From positions 32,860,001 to 32,924,000 of the forward strand of contig NC_043005.1 of NCBI RefSeq assembly GCF_006345805.1: a DNA stretch of 64,000 nucleotides. The letters run 5' to 3'. Each line of letters begins with the position of its first letter. The first letter of the stretch is position 1. The stretch comes from Octopus sinensis (lineage: Eukaryota). This document shows, piece by piece, positions 51,714-64,000 of the stretch. Made by a program: the position numbers and the translations under genes. Under the pieces are notes generated by a model, which worked only from the letters and a program-made list of their open reading frames with translations, was not told the origin of the DNA and did no database searches.

Positions 51714-53159
51714 TGTATGTATGTGTATATATATATACACAAATATAAAAAAAAAACACTGTTTGAATATAATTTTTTGAATTTCTATCAGCTGTCATTA
51801 AATACCAGACCATTTTTAACGAGAGTTGAGGAAAAACAACTCTCGTGGAAAAAGTTATTGACGATATCGCTGGAGGCCATATGAAAATATGTGATAACAC
51901 CTCTTAGACTATCAATAACTACTTGAATACAGCTGCTATCACTCTGAAAGGAGGCACCTGCTGTGCACGTGGTAACAAAATAACTCAATATAGGGACCCA
52001 TGCGAATAAGAAAACTTGGAAGAAAACATCAACAAACGTTGCAGAGTCGGACATTTAAATATCATTGCAAGGTTTAAAATTAGTCATAAGCTCTCATTTC
52101 ACCAACTACATCGTATGAGAAAATTGATGACAAAATGAACAGAGAGTCAACATTCCAAATATATTAGTTTTAAATCCCCAACTGAAAACGTTGAGTGGAA
52201 AACTTTGTCAGAGCAAAAGTCAAACTATTTAGTCGAGCCAGTTTGGATGCCTTGTATAATAGAGGAGGTAATATAGGAAGGTAAAGAAAAACAACAGTAT
52301 CTTAGTGAATAGAGCTTGAAACAAATTGGTCTGGAATCAGGAATGAAAAAGGATTTCAATCAGAATGCCTCCTGGCTAGAGAGAGCGGAGAAAGAAGTTT
52401 GAAAGGCAAAAATCTTGCACAATCAACTTTGAAAAGTGGCATAATACGAAGACGCTGGGAAAACTTAACAATTGGATTCTGATACAAAATGTAGACTTGT
52501 AAAAGCAACAAGACTTCGATATCATTCAACTACCGTAGTAGTTGAATAATATTCTTAAGCCCGCAATTTACTCAGGTGAAGAATCTTTCAGAGCTTGCCA
52601 CAAATTCAGTTCTTAACCAAATTGAAAACTGTTATAGGAGAGTAAGTAACGCCGCCAATCAAGTTTAGATCTAAATATTTTTTTTTATTTTAAAAGCAAA
52701 ATATATTTATCGAAGAAAGCATGAATAATTTCATAGTTTTGGTCCCATGCAACAAAATTTTGTCTGAAAAATGTTTTGAGGTAAAATATCATGAAAAAAA
52801 TATAAGGCAGAAAATTGGATTTAAGTAAAATTAACTTTTTTTTTTCTAAAAACAAACTATATCTTAATTAAGTTTAAGTGATAGAGCTCAATTCGAGGAA
52901 TTTCATGGTATCAACCACATGCAATGAACTTTTAAATGAAAAAAGTTATGAGTGTGTGTTTTTGAAATTTGAGGGTGATAATATAGTTCCATACTTTTTA
53001 ATGAATATAGTTCTATAAGGGGACTTTTAATATATGTCACCGTAATCACTGAGGTAAGGAAAAAATTATCAACGATACCGCTACTTCACACATTTGACAC
53101 ATTATTAATTAGCATAATAGCATAGCCTGGAAAAAACATGGATTACATGGAAAAATTCG

Positions 53160-54185
53160 GGCAATAGAAATAATATTCTTAAGATTATAAACCTGGAAAA
53201 GTTCAGGACAAATTATTACACTTGGTAAAATTCAGGACAACTTATTACATCTTGTAAAGTACAGAGCAAGAAAATTTTTACTTAAGATATTGCAGCTAAG
53301 GATAAAATTTGAATATTAAAAAATATTTGATTTAAATTGGCAAAGTAACATTATAATTAAAAAATGTACCATCATTTTGTTAAAATATTGACACACTAGA
53401 ATACTTAAAAAATGAAAGCTAGACGTACCAATATAGCTAAAGTTTTATGCAAAGCAGAATAGTATATATATATGTATAGCAGGCAAATTCATTATGTAAA
53501 AAAATAGGCATGTGAAGACTTGGCAATAACTTAGGCAGTAGCTCAAGCAACTTTTACTGTGAATTTACAGTTATAGGTAGATTTTAATGTAATATACAAC
53601 TAATTTTTATATTATTCTGTTTATTGTACTAATTATGTACTACTATTATTTTTTATAACCTATTTTCAAATTTCTAATTATTAATTCATAATTTTTTTTT
53701 AAAAAGGAATTTTTTCAAGGTGTAAAAAATATTTTGAGTTATTTTTTGAATTCTTGATGGAAGTAACAAGTAATAACAAATAGGGGTACTAACTTGTTAT
53801 AAAATTTTTAGTCTTAATAATAGCTAATATTTTCTAAATCTTGTTCTGTACTTTACCAGATGTAATAAGTTGTCCTGAACTTTTCCAAGTGTAATAACTT
53901 GTCCTGTAAAGCGGCGAGCTGGCAGAAATGTTAGCACGCCGGGCAAAATGCTTAGCGTTATTTTGTCAGTCTTTACGTTCTGAGTTCAAATTCCGCCGAG
54001 GTCGACTTTGCTTTTCATCTTTTCGGGGTCGATAAATTAAGAACCAGTTGCGTACTGGGGTCGATCTAATCGACTGGCCCCTCCACCAAAATATCGGGCC
54101 TTGTGCCTAGAGTAGAAAAGAAAAGAATAACTTGTTCTGTAATTTTTCAGGTTTATAATCTTAAGAATATTATGTCTCTTGCTCT
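53160..54185. mobile_element. AT-rich fold-back/MITE-like element with internally repetitive inverted arms
   Basis: 53172-53270 is inverted relative to 53839-53909 plus 54143-54173; the right arm is interrupted by a SINE. Confidence 0.7.
53910..54125 (+). mobile_element. Full-length SINE with 17-bp TSD
   Basis: Head GCGGCGAGCTGGCAGAA, B-box GAGTTCAAATTCC; TSD AATAACTTGT(C/T)CTGTAA at 53893-53909 and 54126-54142. Confidence 0.9.
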
Positions 54186-56023
54186 CATTTTCATATGTAA
54201 TTATCAATCTTTAGCATTTCAAGGAGAGAGAATTTTTGTGTTTCTGTTTATTTTGACACTGCAGCCACTGATATTTCTTTTACAAGAATGCAGTAGTTGT
54301 GTATTATTGTTTACAAACGCACGAAATACTAATGAAACCCATAATTTCCTTGTACACGACTAAACAGATAGATTTAGCGACAAATAGATCTGGTCATAAA
54401 ATGTTCATAGTTGACAGCTGAGGCGCAAAAAGTTACTTCCCTAACCCAAACATTTACATCAATGGCGAATCTCTCTATAGTTGGTCCACACAACGAGTGC
54501 TACAAATAACTAGGCATTGATGAAAAACATCATATAAAAGTACTGAGAACAAAGACAGAGTAACTGAGGATTATAAATCGAGACAAACATGGTAGTCTTA
54601 TAACAAGACAACATCATACAATGCATTTGTAGCATATCAATACAGTTGGTAACATTTTGAATACGTGAATAGTCTTTAAGAGAAATTCGTCTCATAGATT
54701 TTAATATTCGAAAGAGCCTAAAATCAGCAGGAAGCTTCCACAGAAAGGGTGATATTGACATTCTTCTCAGGGGAAAAGACAGAGAAGAGGCTTTAAATCA
54801 AGTCATGACGTTTTTCCACGCAACTGACAGAGCTGGGGAAAAAAGATTAAGTGGACATCGATGTTAACGGCAAAAAACACAAAAGAAAAAGTTGAGGACG
54901 ACCAATGCGAAATTATTGCTGATATTAGTCATATTCAATGCGGCAAGCGGGCAGAATCGTTAGCACACCGGGCAAAATGTTTAGCGGCATTTCGTCTGCC
55001 CTTGCGTTCTGAGTTCAAATTCCGCCGAGGTTGACTTTGGCTTTCATTCTTTCAGGGATCGATAGAATAAGTACCAGTTGAGTACTGGGTCGATATAATC
55101 GGCTAGCTCCGACTCGAACCTGCTAGTCTTGAGCCAAAATTTGAAATCGAAATTAGTCATATAGTAATCTAGACGTTGATTGGTAAAAAGCTCAACAAGA
55201 TTTTCTAAGACTTAGACATATTGTTCTATTTTCTTGATCTAAACAATGCAGTAAGCCAAAGTATCACTTTATACATTGATCCATGGCCTAAAAACATCAA
55301 AAAGTTTGTTTAGCTAAGCTGAAACAACGCATGAATCTATACTTTAAAATAAGTTTATTCAAATATATTATATAATTTACCCGAAACAAAAATATAAAAT
55401 CATTTCATTTATTTCATTGACTGTTTGAAGTTGAGGAAACTGTGAAACTAATAGACGCAATATATGTCATTTCCGCTCAACGTAAAATGTATATTCTACA
55501 GTCAGATATTGAGTTATTTAATTCATCTGGATTATTTATACTGTTGAGTATATCCATCCTATATTTATATAATATACATGCTTATTACACGCATATGTAA
55601 ATATCTATGCGTGTCTGTGGGTGTGTGTATGGCTGGAGAGGATTATGTATGTGATTGTATGTATATGTAAAAGCATAGATCTATTTCTATATAGGCCTTA
55701 CAAATTGGCAATCTTGTGGAACTTGTAGAATTACGAGATGACAGCTTTCCTTCATCATCTTTCCATTTTGATATGGCATATCATTTATGGTGACTCTGAT
55801 CTAGAAATACACTCCATATGGAGTATATTTCCTTTTTCCGCTCAATTCTAAATTATTCCTTCAAACACACATATACGCCAATACACAAACACACACACAT
55901 ACACGCGCGCGCGTACATATGTATAAGCTCTTATATGCATTCATAGAGTAATTAACATTTATAGCCATTCACATTCTACACTGCTTTGTGTATTTGTTTA
56001 AAAAACCCACCCACACATACATT

Positions 56024-56068
<45 letters not shown>

Positions 56069-56310
56069 GCGCGTGAATGTACTGATTTAAGTATTCATAT
56101 ATTAATATACATTACATATATAAAATTAACGGCTTCAGCTTTTGCCCATGTGTGCGCACATATATAATATACACGTGTCTACGCATATATAGACATGTGT
56201 GTGTGTATGTATATACATATACATACGCTCATAAGCACATATATAATGTATATGCACAGATACACACTCACATATACAGACACACACGTATATATATGTG
56301 TGTGTGTGTG

Positions 56311-58160
56311 TGTTGTGGTATTTGGGGATGGACATGTTGCCAGTTTAGCCAATAAAAATATACGCCCTATATATTTGGTGTTCACTTGCTTATGCTTTAT
56401 TTTAATATTAATTGCATTTCGGCCAGAGTTCTTTCGTCACACTTCTACGACCTCACCAGTGGTCTTTTGCTTCTTCTTTCTTTTTGTGTGTCTCCTTACT
56501 AATAATCTATTTTGTATTCCTATTGTATGTGTCTTTAATTGCGCATGCGTATATCCCTGTGTGTATCTATGTTTAGTAAGTGTGTGCGTGGGGAGGGGGA
56601 ATGCGCCTGCATTATCACTATCCCCTGTTTATACACGTTCGTTTCATTTACTTTTATTCATTTTATTCATTTGTTTATATCTACATACTTTTCTTCTTTC
56701 TTTCTTTGTATTTGATTTAATTTATTTTGTTAATGTATACAGTTATTTAATTCCATTTATTTATCTGTGTATTGTATTATATTCATATTATTATCATTTT
56801 ATGGGGATCCTATTCTGTCATAGGTTGTGGTGTGTTGGCGGATGCTAGAGTTCCATTCTAGTTTCCTATTCAGGCAAGGTTTATCTTCTATTATGTGTGT
56901 AGCTTCTGTAATTTGTCTAAGCGTTGCGTCTGTTCTATGTGTGGATAAGATTTTAACTTCTATGTTGTTGAACGAGACCTCGTGTTCCTGCTCGGCATGC
57001 TGCCACAGAACCGATGAGTTCTTCTCGTTAAGTTCCCTCTAGTGCTCATTTACCCTTTCTCCTATGCTCTGTGCTGTTTCCCCTAGGTACGTCGTTGTCT
57101 TGTTACTGCACCGTCCCTCTGTGCATCTTATACTATAGACTACATTCCTGGTTTTACAGTTTGTTTGTGGGCTAAATCTACATACAGTTCAGTTCCTATC
57201 AGTACAGGGGGTTCTACTAAAAAGGTATGTTCTACCGATTAGGGATTTGATAGGGTTGCCTGGCCTTTCTACAACCTTAATTCTTAGTTTAAGTTTGTCT
57301 AGGGCCCTTCTAAAGCGGTACGCCAGTTCGCCTCTAGGGGTGGTATCGACGAACATTACACTCTGGTATTTGTGACTATCATACCATGAGTTGGCCTTCC
57401 CTATTTTCTTCTTAGTCCTTTCAATCGTGTTTCATGACTCGCTTCTATAAAGTGGGCAAATCCCATTCCTATAGTTACGTATGGTAGTTTCAAATTTCCT
57501 CATGGCTCCTTTGTATACTCTGATCCTTTCTTTATGGCTGTATCCTGAGAACTGCATGCAGTAAACGAAGTGTTGTATGTGCCTCTTTAACTCTGTAGGG
57601 TTGCACATGCGGGACACATTTCTCATTACACTGAGGAAGTATGCCATAGATAAATGGAATTAAATAACTGTATACATTAACAAAATATATTAAATTAAAT
57701 TAAATACAAAAAAATAGAAAGAAAAGAAAAAGTAAGTAGATATAAACAAATGAATGAAATAAATAAAAGTTAAACGAACGTGTATAAACAGGGGATACTG
57801 ATAATGCGGGCATATCCCCCCCCCCACACACACACTTGCTAAACATAGACACACATATTGATATACGCATGCGCAAATGAAGACACATACAATGAGAATA
57901 CAAAATAGATCATTAGTAAGGAGAGACATACAAAAAAGAAGGAAGAAAGCAAAGGACCACTGATGAGGTCACATAAGTGTGACGAAAGAACTCTGGCCGA
58001 AATACAATTAATATAAAATAAAGCTTAAGCAAGTGAACACCAAATATATAGTGCGTGTATTTTTATTGGCTAAACTGGCAACTTGACCATCCCCAAATAC
58101 AACAATATCTGTTTCAACACACGAATTCACATCAAGAATTTTGCAAAGCGAATATATAAA
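56311..58160 (-). mobile_element. 5'-truncated PLE with ~460-bp inverted pLTR
   Basis: Minus-strand peptide MQFSGYS...PLYR...CKTRNVVYSIRC...TYLGETAQSIGERVNEH...RQITEA..I....PCLNRK; arms ~56317-56770 and 57646-58100. Confidence 0.9.
57955..57998 (+). ncRNA. Minimal hammerhead-like motif in the pLTR
   Basis: gacca CTGATGA g gtcaca-taag-tgtgac GAAA gaac TC^ tggcc; the twin in the other arm (~56420-56465) has CTGGTGA. Confidence 0.6.
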
Positions 58161-58189
58161 TGTATATATATAGAGAGAGAGAGATGATA

Positions 58190-60174
58190 GATAAATTAAG
58201 AAGTGGAGTCAAACGCAGGCGTTATTCAAATCTTTATACTTCCTACATATATTTCGAAGAAAACATTGATATTATTCCGGGTGGGGGTGGGGACAAAATT
58301 ATGTAAAGCAATGCAATCATCTCGTCAGGGAAAAACAGAGAAACGAAACACATCAATAAACCATTTTAACCGAATGTGATTACCGCGTATATAATGAAGG
58401 GTAATGCTGACAAGTTATTTTTAAAAAAACCGTTAACAGATTTAACGTCAAAGGCAATTTAGAGAAAGCGAAGGAGGAGAAAGAAAGGAATTAGCAGAAA
58501 ATTAATAGTGGAGAAATATAGTGTGATAGATGAATGGGGAAAAAGCTTGAAAGCATGGAAATAGATATATGTAGTGGAAATGAAATGTAAGAAGACATTT
58601 AAAGGTCGAATTTTATAGACTGGTAGAAATTACTTATAGGAAATAAAGGTATGTCTTTAGCAATGCTTGCAACGATAAACGCATTCTTTAAACGTGTTTA
58701 CAAGAGAATTCTCCGGGAACAGGATGAGAAATTGTTCTTCGTTACAGGGTGGACAAAAAGATTTACCGTTATCATATAGGAAAGATCTAGATAGAATATT
58801 CCATTCCAAATCAAATTGTTTATTATGTTCTTTTAGAGACCAAATTAATCGACTAAGCCCAATATTGTTGCGTTTATAGATGTGTCTAAATGTAGAGTAA
58901 AAGTTAGATATTCTATTCGACAACTGAAACGATGAACAATTTATGTAAAAAAGGACATCAGAACCGGAAATAATTTTACATTGATAAACAGAGTTTCTAA
59001 TCTTAGAATTACTGCCAAGGAAACGAATGCGCTTCGAATTTAAATCAGAAATATTAATATTGTTGTTATTATTGTTCAAAGAATGATTAGCGTTAATAAT
59101 ATCAATGTTATTATTTTCATTAAGGAAATTTGTATTTGATAATTTATTGTTATGCGAAGAGATGATTTGTGAAAGGTTCTTGGTGTTTGAAAACCCTATT
59201 CTAATTCGGTGTGAATTGATAATGGAATGGTATTTTGAATTTTTTGGGAAATTCTTATCTATAGTTTCACGAAACTGGTAAGAGAGGTTGGATTTGATCT
59301 GCTTACCATATGGAATTATCAACCAAACATCTTTACTAGGACCCACCTTGTTATTAGGGCAATTATCTTTAAAAGTCCTAGACTTATTTTTATTACGTAT
59401 AAAGGGACATAAAGAAAGGTTATCTCCCTTACGCTGCAAAATTACATTTTTCGATTTATTGTTGTTATTCGAACTAAAATTGATATTGTTATCAGCGTTA
59501 TGACTTGGTTTCATGTCCTGATTAATAGAGGTAAAATTAATGTCAATAGGGTTAATGCAGCTAATTTTTTTCTTTACAGCCTGCTTTGAGTAAGGCAGAC
59601 TTATAAAATTCGGTTGTCTAAGTGAAATGTTTCTAAATTCCTTGTAATTACTTTTGAATGATTACTGACAGAGCTAATATATTTTTAATTAGTTGAGGAT
59701 TGGTATGGGAAATATGAATCATTATATAAGTTATGGGTAATATCCAAAAAAATGACTTTAGCTATAACATCAAAAATAACGTTTAAGCCCATGTTTCGGA
59801 AAAATTTAACCAACCTATTTTTAACCCTTTGTAACTTTTGGTTAGAAACATTTTGAAGCTAGAGTAGATAATTGTCACAATATAAACCTCCATTGATGTT
59901 TGGGAATTGGTCAGCCATATCATATATACTGATAAAATTGTGCTAAGTCAGAACTTCCCATCGTGACATCAAAACTGCCAGGCGTATCTCTACGGACTCA
60001 CAGCTTGTTTTCAAATTTAATGATTGATTTCTGGCAGCTAACACCACATTAATTTCATCCCGGGTGAGACCTGCTTTGCTGTGTGCGAACCAGAGTGCTT
60101 TGTTGAGTACAATTGAGTTAATAAAAGAATAGTAACTAGAAATGTCGAACTGGATGAACTTAGTGCACTTCTTG

Positions 60175-60175
<1 letters not shown>
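58190..60175 (-). mobile_element. Decayed PLE of a different clade (GIY-YIG with C-terminal CxxC...CKH)
   Basis: ORF 58657-59514: SVYQCKI...FYINCSS...RISN...LSRLIWSLK...CPPCNEE...CKH; RT remnants upstream (GGLYCDN, VIFLDI). Confidence 0.8.
58240..58332 (-). ncRNA. Type I hammerhead downstream of a PLE ORF
   Basis: ttcc CTGACGA gatga..cattg...caatg..tcttc GAAA tatatg TA^ ggaa. Confidence 0.7.
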
Positions 60176-60261
<86 letters not shown>

Positions 60262-60262
<1 letters not shown>

Positions 60263-60640
60263 AAAAAAGTCTGGCCGCCCCAGTTGTGGGACTTGCATCT
60301 ATCTTATTGAAGATACAACATACAATACAAATCAGGACATATTTTTACCGTAAGGAATTTAATATACCTATCAAATGTTGAGGATGTAATAAAGGTTACA
60401 TAGATTAACAAAGCTCACTCTAAGAAATAGATTGAACATTCACCGACAACAAATACGAAATCTCAGTACGAGACAGATTCCACTGAGTGGACACATAGAC
60501 ATATGTGCAAAAAAAAAGTTCTCCAAATTCCACGTCTTCCACTCTACCTATGTTCGGTGGATACCACAGATGAAGCAGAGATAAACAAAGAGAATACGTT
60601 CATATAAATGTACAAACCCAGACTTAACAACCTTTAACAA
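60262..60640 (+). mobile_element. PLE zinc finger + GIY-YIG fragment
   Basis: SGRPSCGTC...IKC*GC...HRQQI...QIPLSGHIDICA...KENTFI..YKPRLN. Confidence 0.8.
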
Positions 60641-60845
60641 AGTGCATACACAAAAAATAATTATTCACACGCAAAACTCATTCTGCCGCTTAACATGAGG
60701 AATATACTCAGCTAACAACCTAAACTTTCACCACTGGACTACATGCAAACGGTTCCTATCTACTCTCCAACCAGATAGATCAAATTTGGAGAGCCTTGAT
60801 TATAACAATGCACACACGGAAATGTGATGCAACATACTCCAACCT

Positions 60846-61080
60846 ATGAAAACGACGGCACACAATTTCCAAGCATCGAACAATGATGTTCCTACACTAT
60901 ACCGGTTACGCAAAGACCACAAACCCTACATAAACCCTGTCATGGGGCCCCGAACCAGACCAGTTTGCGGAGAGGATATCTCCAGCAACTATAGACTGTC
61001 CTACTTCCTCTCACAGGTGCTACGACCTCTCATAGAGATGTCTCCAGATGTCTGTGTGAGCATAGAAGATCTCCTCCGTA
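60846..61080 (+). mobile_element. PLE RT N-terminal fragment
   Basis: PTLYRLRKDHK...PRTRPV...LSYFLSQVLRPL...SIEDLL. Confidence 0.8.
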
Positions 61081-61284
61081 AACAACCGGAATTTGAACGC
61101 AGAACATAAAGACGGACGAAATGCCGCTAAGCATTTTGCCCGGCGTACTAACTATTTTGCTTGTTCGCCGCGTTAAGTCAGCTCGCCGAACAACACAAGA
61201 TCAGTCTCCTAACTCGTAACTTTCAAACTAATGCCATACACAATGGGGTAGACTCTGCAATGACAAACTCAAGTTTGACTACAT

Positions 61285-61775
61285 TGTCCTATTGGATTAT
61301 GGGATGCATACAGACAAGCAAATAAATGATAAAATATAAGACATCGTCAAAAAAGACCTTAGACATAAATCATGCCTGTTAATTGATATGACAGTGCCTA
61401 CTGATTGAAACGTCTCAGCAAAAGAATTTGAAAAACTGTCGAAATATAAGGACCTTGAGATTGAGATATCTGGGACGTGGCAATAAAAAAACTAAAACCA
61501 TCTCTGTTGTTGTAAGTGCTCTGGGAGTGATCAAGAAAGGTAGTGACAAATTTTTTGACCAGATCCCTGGAAAACTAACAATCTATGAGACACAAAAAAT
61601 TGTGTTGACATCAACCGCCTACATTCTCAGGATGTTTTTCTCCATCTGATATATACGTGCCTTAGGGCTCTGGTTGAGACCAGGTCGGAAAATGAAATAA
61701 AATGCAATTCAATCGGAAAATAACAACAACAACAACAACAACAACAATAATAATGATGATGATGATAATAATAAT
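61285..61775 (+). mobile_element. R4/Dong-like LINE 3' end (REL endonuclease) with (AAC/AAT)n tail
   Basis: CLLIDMTVP..NVSAKEFEKLS.YKDLEIEI...VVVSALGVI...QKIVL. Confidence 0.85.
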
Positions 61776-62238
61776 ATACCAGCACCACTACCTAAACTAT
61801 TTTATGTATGATGAATATCTCCATATTATGTCTAATCAGATATGTTTTCCATGTTGTTGCTCAGGAAGCTTCTATAAGTAGTTCGTATCTAGTCTCTATC
61901 TTCACGCTATGATAATTTATGCAACTTCTACTGGAGAGATAATACACCTCACCTAATAGTCTATTGCATGCGTATCTATTAAGAACAGCGTTTTTATATT
62001 ATTAGATTATCTAACCAGTATCTATAAACTGTGAATATATGTCAGCAAATATAAACTGAGATATCTGCTAAATGGAATTTTCAGGTTTTATTTCATGTTT
62101 CACGAATATACTGTCAGGTTAGGTTACATAATCTACTTCAGGAAAGTATTGTCTTATAGCTAAGCTTTAAAAGTTCAAATTCCGCCATTTTCGTTTTTAC
62201 GAGAACCGATAAAAATATGCACTAATATAATTTTATTA

Positions 62239-63451
62239 TCAGGTCATCCCATAAGTTCTGTGCGAATTTTGAATAAAGAAAACAAGTGACCAAATGTTAT
62301 ATTTAATTGAAATTTAAACATCAATGTACTTTCCCTGATTATCTATGACTTACTTCCATCTATTTACAAGCTTTTTAATCCCATCAATGTAAAACTCTTG
62401 GTTTCAAAGTGAAGAACTCTGAAATGTCAGTTTCGACCTCCTCCTCGCTTGCGAAAGTTATATCCCCCAAATGATTCTGTAAACTACGAAACAAATGGTA
62501 GTCTGAAGGAGCAAGGTCAGGAGAATAAGGTGGATGGGTAATTTTTCCCAACCAAGCCCTTCGATCCTCTGTGATGTGATCTTTGTAGTGTGGTGTCGCG
62601 CATTGTCCTGATGAAACTTTACTCCTTTTCGATTCACTAAAGCGGGTCTTTTTTCTCCAAAGCTTGGTTCAAACGCTCTAATTGCTGACTGTAGATTTGA
62701 GCATTGATTGTTGCATTGGGTGGCAGCAATTCAAAGTGAATTACTCCTTTGCAATCCCACCAGAGAGAGAGAAGAACCTTTTCCCATGAAGTTCCCTTCT
62801 CGGTTGCGGTTGAACTTTTTCCCTTTTACCAAGCCACTGTTTACGACGTTTAACATTTCGATAGAAGATCCATTTTTCGTCACTAGTCACAGGTCTATCC
62901 AAAAAGGGGGAAATGAGTTCGCGAGAATGGAGAGATAGGCAGATGTTAACTCGGTGTCTGCGGTTGTTTTCGAACAATTCACGAGGCACCCATTTTCCAA
63001 GTTTAGGAACCTTTCCAAGTTGTTGAAGATGACTATGAACAGTTGTATGGTTTGAACTAAGCTTTATTGCCAATTCTTCAACTGATAATGCAGGATTTTC
63101 TTCAAGTAATGCCTCAAGGAGCTTATCATTAAACTCAACTGTTCGATCTTCATCATCAAGGCTGAAATCTCAACTTCTGCAAGTTCTTTCATTCAAGCAT
63201 TCTTTCCCATAAACTGAGTGTATCTTTCGAATCGCTTCGGCTGCAATTTCCTTTTTTGTACTCATAAAGCATTATGCGCCTTAAATGCTCTATGGATACT
63301 TCCATGTTAGAAAGGGTTTTAATCAAAGACATTTTAATTCTATTAATGCATAAAAAAAATTTTTAATTCCATTAGACATTCCAAAATACTATTAAATTCC
63401 ATTCAATTTAAAAAAAAGGTAAAATCGGACAGAACTTATGGAATGACATGA
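62239..63451 (-). mobile_element. Full-length mariner DNA transposon, decayed
   Basis: TIRs TCAGGTCATCCCATAAGTTCTGTGCGA and TCGGACAGAACTTATGGAATGACATGA; TA TSDs at 62237-38 and 63452-53. Confidence 0.95.
62314..63305 (-). pseudogene. Mariner DD34D transposase
   Basis: MEVSIEHLRRIMLYEY, WVPREL, TSDEKW, HQDNARHH and HPPYSPDLAPSDYHLF; frameshifted. Confidence 0.93.
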
Positions 63452-63784
63452 TAGTTTACATAGTCTTCCCCCTTCAAGAAACAAACATTCTGCTTTGACG
63501 TTCCAACACAATATTGGAATATTCTTTTTCTTCTTTTTGTTGTTTTCAGACATTAGACTGCACCCATATTACAGCACCGCTTTCAAGGATATCAAAGGTA
63601 TAGTCGTTTATATCGAAACTAGCATTTTATTGGTACCTAATTTAGTGAATCCGGAAGGCTGAATGACAAAGTTAACCCAGGAAGGATTTGAAGAACGCAG
63701 AACATTAATAAACACGACTATACACGACAAAGTACGGCACTCTAACAATTCTGCCATTTTCTAACGGTAAATTTTCTATGAGTA

Positions 63785-63859
<75 letters not shown>

Positions 63860-64000
63860 TATTGTGCCAAATTTTGGCATTGTAAGCTACACCAATGCTA
63901 GAACGGGACGACACTGCATAGTGCCAAAGATCCCAGCAATGCCATCACGCTTCAGGACCAGCTTCTGCAACAGCATGGGTTTCAAGGGCCCACAGCTTTT

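Noticed and set aside
51780-52480. Additional R4-like LINE remnants (also ~48860-49040 and ~54400-54900)
   Set aside because: Only weak, fragmentary motif resemblance; not supportable as features.

Overview
AT-rich, microsatellite-saturated eukaryotic non-coding DNA (intron or intergenic). The SINE families, (CCCTAA)n tract and repeat style resemble an octopus or other coleoid cephalopod; this is inference. No host protein-coding exon is supported, and most ORF-track entries are translated simple repeats. The window is a mosaic of mobile elements: several Penelope-like elements (PLEs; RT + GIY-YIG), Tx1/L1-like, R4/Dong-like, RTE and CR1-like LINE pieces, a Gypsy RT fragment, a full-length decayed mariner, a DD41D-like transposase fragment, Helitron and hAT remnants, and many tRNA-derived SINEs. 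The main unexplained signal is RNA structure. I find about 13 hammerhead-ribozyme (HHR) or HHR-like motifs by eye, several in asymmetric fold-back insertions in (TA)n tracts, including non-coding mini-elements. One structured element (10088-10232, minus strand) contains all three hammerhead core strands in an order that is not type I, II or III. All pairings were read manually, nothing was computed, and the boundaries of decayed elements are approximate.
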